Positions 5,677 through 6,284 of a DNA stretch of 6,284 bases are shown here, in pieces. Below the pieces are notes generated by a model. That model was not told where the DNA came from, did no database searches, and saw only the letters and a program-made list of their open reading frames with translations. The translations under genes were made by a program, and so were the position numbers. Numbering within the stretch: the stretch's first letter is position 1; each line of letters opens with the position of its first letter. Source of the DNA: a virus (Duplodnaviria > Heunggongvirae > Uroviricota > Caudoviricetes); the IMG/VR virus record IMGVR_UViG_2778261344_000018, one strand, 5' to 3'.

Positions 5677-6085
5677 TTAAAGCTCCATTAATTTTCCGGC
5701 CAGTTCATCTCGTGGCATTACCAGCCATCCGCGCGATTTAAGCAAAGCCAGGGCTTCTTCAACCGTCACCAGCTGGCCAGGCGCATAACTTCGGATGAAG
5801 GCGGTTTTATCGTCACGGATCGCCAGGTGAAAATCGATATTCATTTTTCCCATAGCCCGCTCTTTCTCGTACTGGTTGAAGTAACTGTCTTCGAGTTTTT
5901 CGAATACTTCCCACGCCTGATCGGTTTCGAGCATTTTTGCATGACGGGCTGCTCCGCGTTCTGTCCAGAGGATGAGAGTGCGGGTTTTGGGAGAAATTTT
6001 CACCTCATTTTGCGACTCGTTTAAAACTAGTCGCAAATTTTTGAGCTCATCACCAACAGCTTTAAAGAAGTGTTTTCCCTCAATA
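5677..6085 (-). pseudogene. 5'-truncated prophage gene (about 136 codons remain), interrupted by IS insertion
   Basis: The frame ending at TAA 5679-5677 runs upstream into the IS terminal repeat at 6086. The first in-frame Met of the non-IS part is about 50 codons in, so the native N-terminus is missing. Product unknown (possibly Bro-N/antirepressor-like; very tentative). Confidence 0.45.
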
Positions 6086-6284
6086 TGAACCGCCCCGGGT
6101 TTCCTGGAGAGTGTTTTATCTGTGAACTCAGGCTGCCAGATCATTATTTCCGATGGAAGCATAATAAGCTTTTTCTGCTTCTGCCGGAGGAATATGGCCC
6201 AGCCTTTCCAGCAATCGTCGATTGTTATACCAGTCCACCCACGTGAGTGTGGCCAGTTCCACTTCTGCACGGTTTTTCCAGCTC
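6086..6284 (-). mobile_element. Right end of an IS3-family insertion sequence (IS629/IS1203-like), continuing beyond the window
   Basis: Plus strand at 6086 reads TGAACCGCCCCGGGTTTCCTGGAGAGTG..., which I recognise from memory as the IS629 terminal inverted repeat; a transposase reading frame on the minus strand ends 42 bp inside it. Confidence 0.65.
6128..6284 (-). CDS. IS3-family transposase OrfB, C-terminal 51 codons (5' part outside window)
   Basis: Minus frame open from the window edge translates ...SWKNRAEVELATLTWVDWYNNRRLLERLGHIPPAEAEKAYYASIGNDDLAA*, stop at 6130-6128. The WVDWYNNRRL...PPAE tail is typical of the rve integrase-core C-terminus. Not in the ORF track because it has no start in the window. 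Confidence 0.65.
   Translation of the reverse strand, partial: SWKNRAEVELATLTWVDWYNNRRLLERLGHIPPAEAEKAYYASIGNNDLAA

Noticed and set aside
5827-6024. 65-aa plus-strand ORF
   Set aside because: Antisense within the truncated phage gene; hydrophobic low-complexity translation; no SD.
6086-6270. N-terminal 62 codons of the 197-aa track ORF
   Set aside because: This part is encoded by IS terminal sequence in a frame overlapping the transposase C-terminus; it is read-through across the insertion junction, not part of the native gene.
1-6284. CRISPR array or rRNA genes
   Set aside because: No regularly spaced direct repeats and no rRNA-like conserved sequence seen; the only repeats are terminator hairpins, the hok-leader repeats and the IS terminal repeat.

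Overview
This window reads as a segment of a lambdoid (Qin-like) prophage of the kind found in E. coli O157-type genomes, with every gene but one toxin-antitoxin pair on the minus strand. In phage transcription order (high to low coordinates) it holds: the end of an IS3-family element (IS629-like) that has truncated a phage gene; a hok toxin gene with a structured leader; a convergent plus-strand toxin-antitoxin pair (RelE/ParE-type toxin plus HTH antitoxin); a small AbrB/MazE-like ORF; a Rem-like ORF; a YdfU-like DUF968/HNH protein; a 250-aa Q-like late antiterminator; a candidate late promoter with two intrinsic terminators; a short DNA-methyltransferase remnant; three phage tRNAs (anticodons CAU, UCG, UCU); and then, where Stx phages carry stxAB, two small uncharacterised ORFs and a TerB-like gene that runs off the window. 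No stx, lysis genes, rRNA or CRISPR array are present. The best candidate for an undescribed system is that three-gene cargo at 1..1032; the plus-strand TA pair is the second most interesting element. All protein assignments come from reading translations by eye and from remembered family signatures; no database search was possible.
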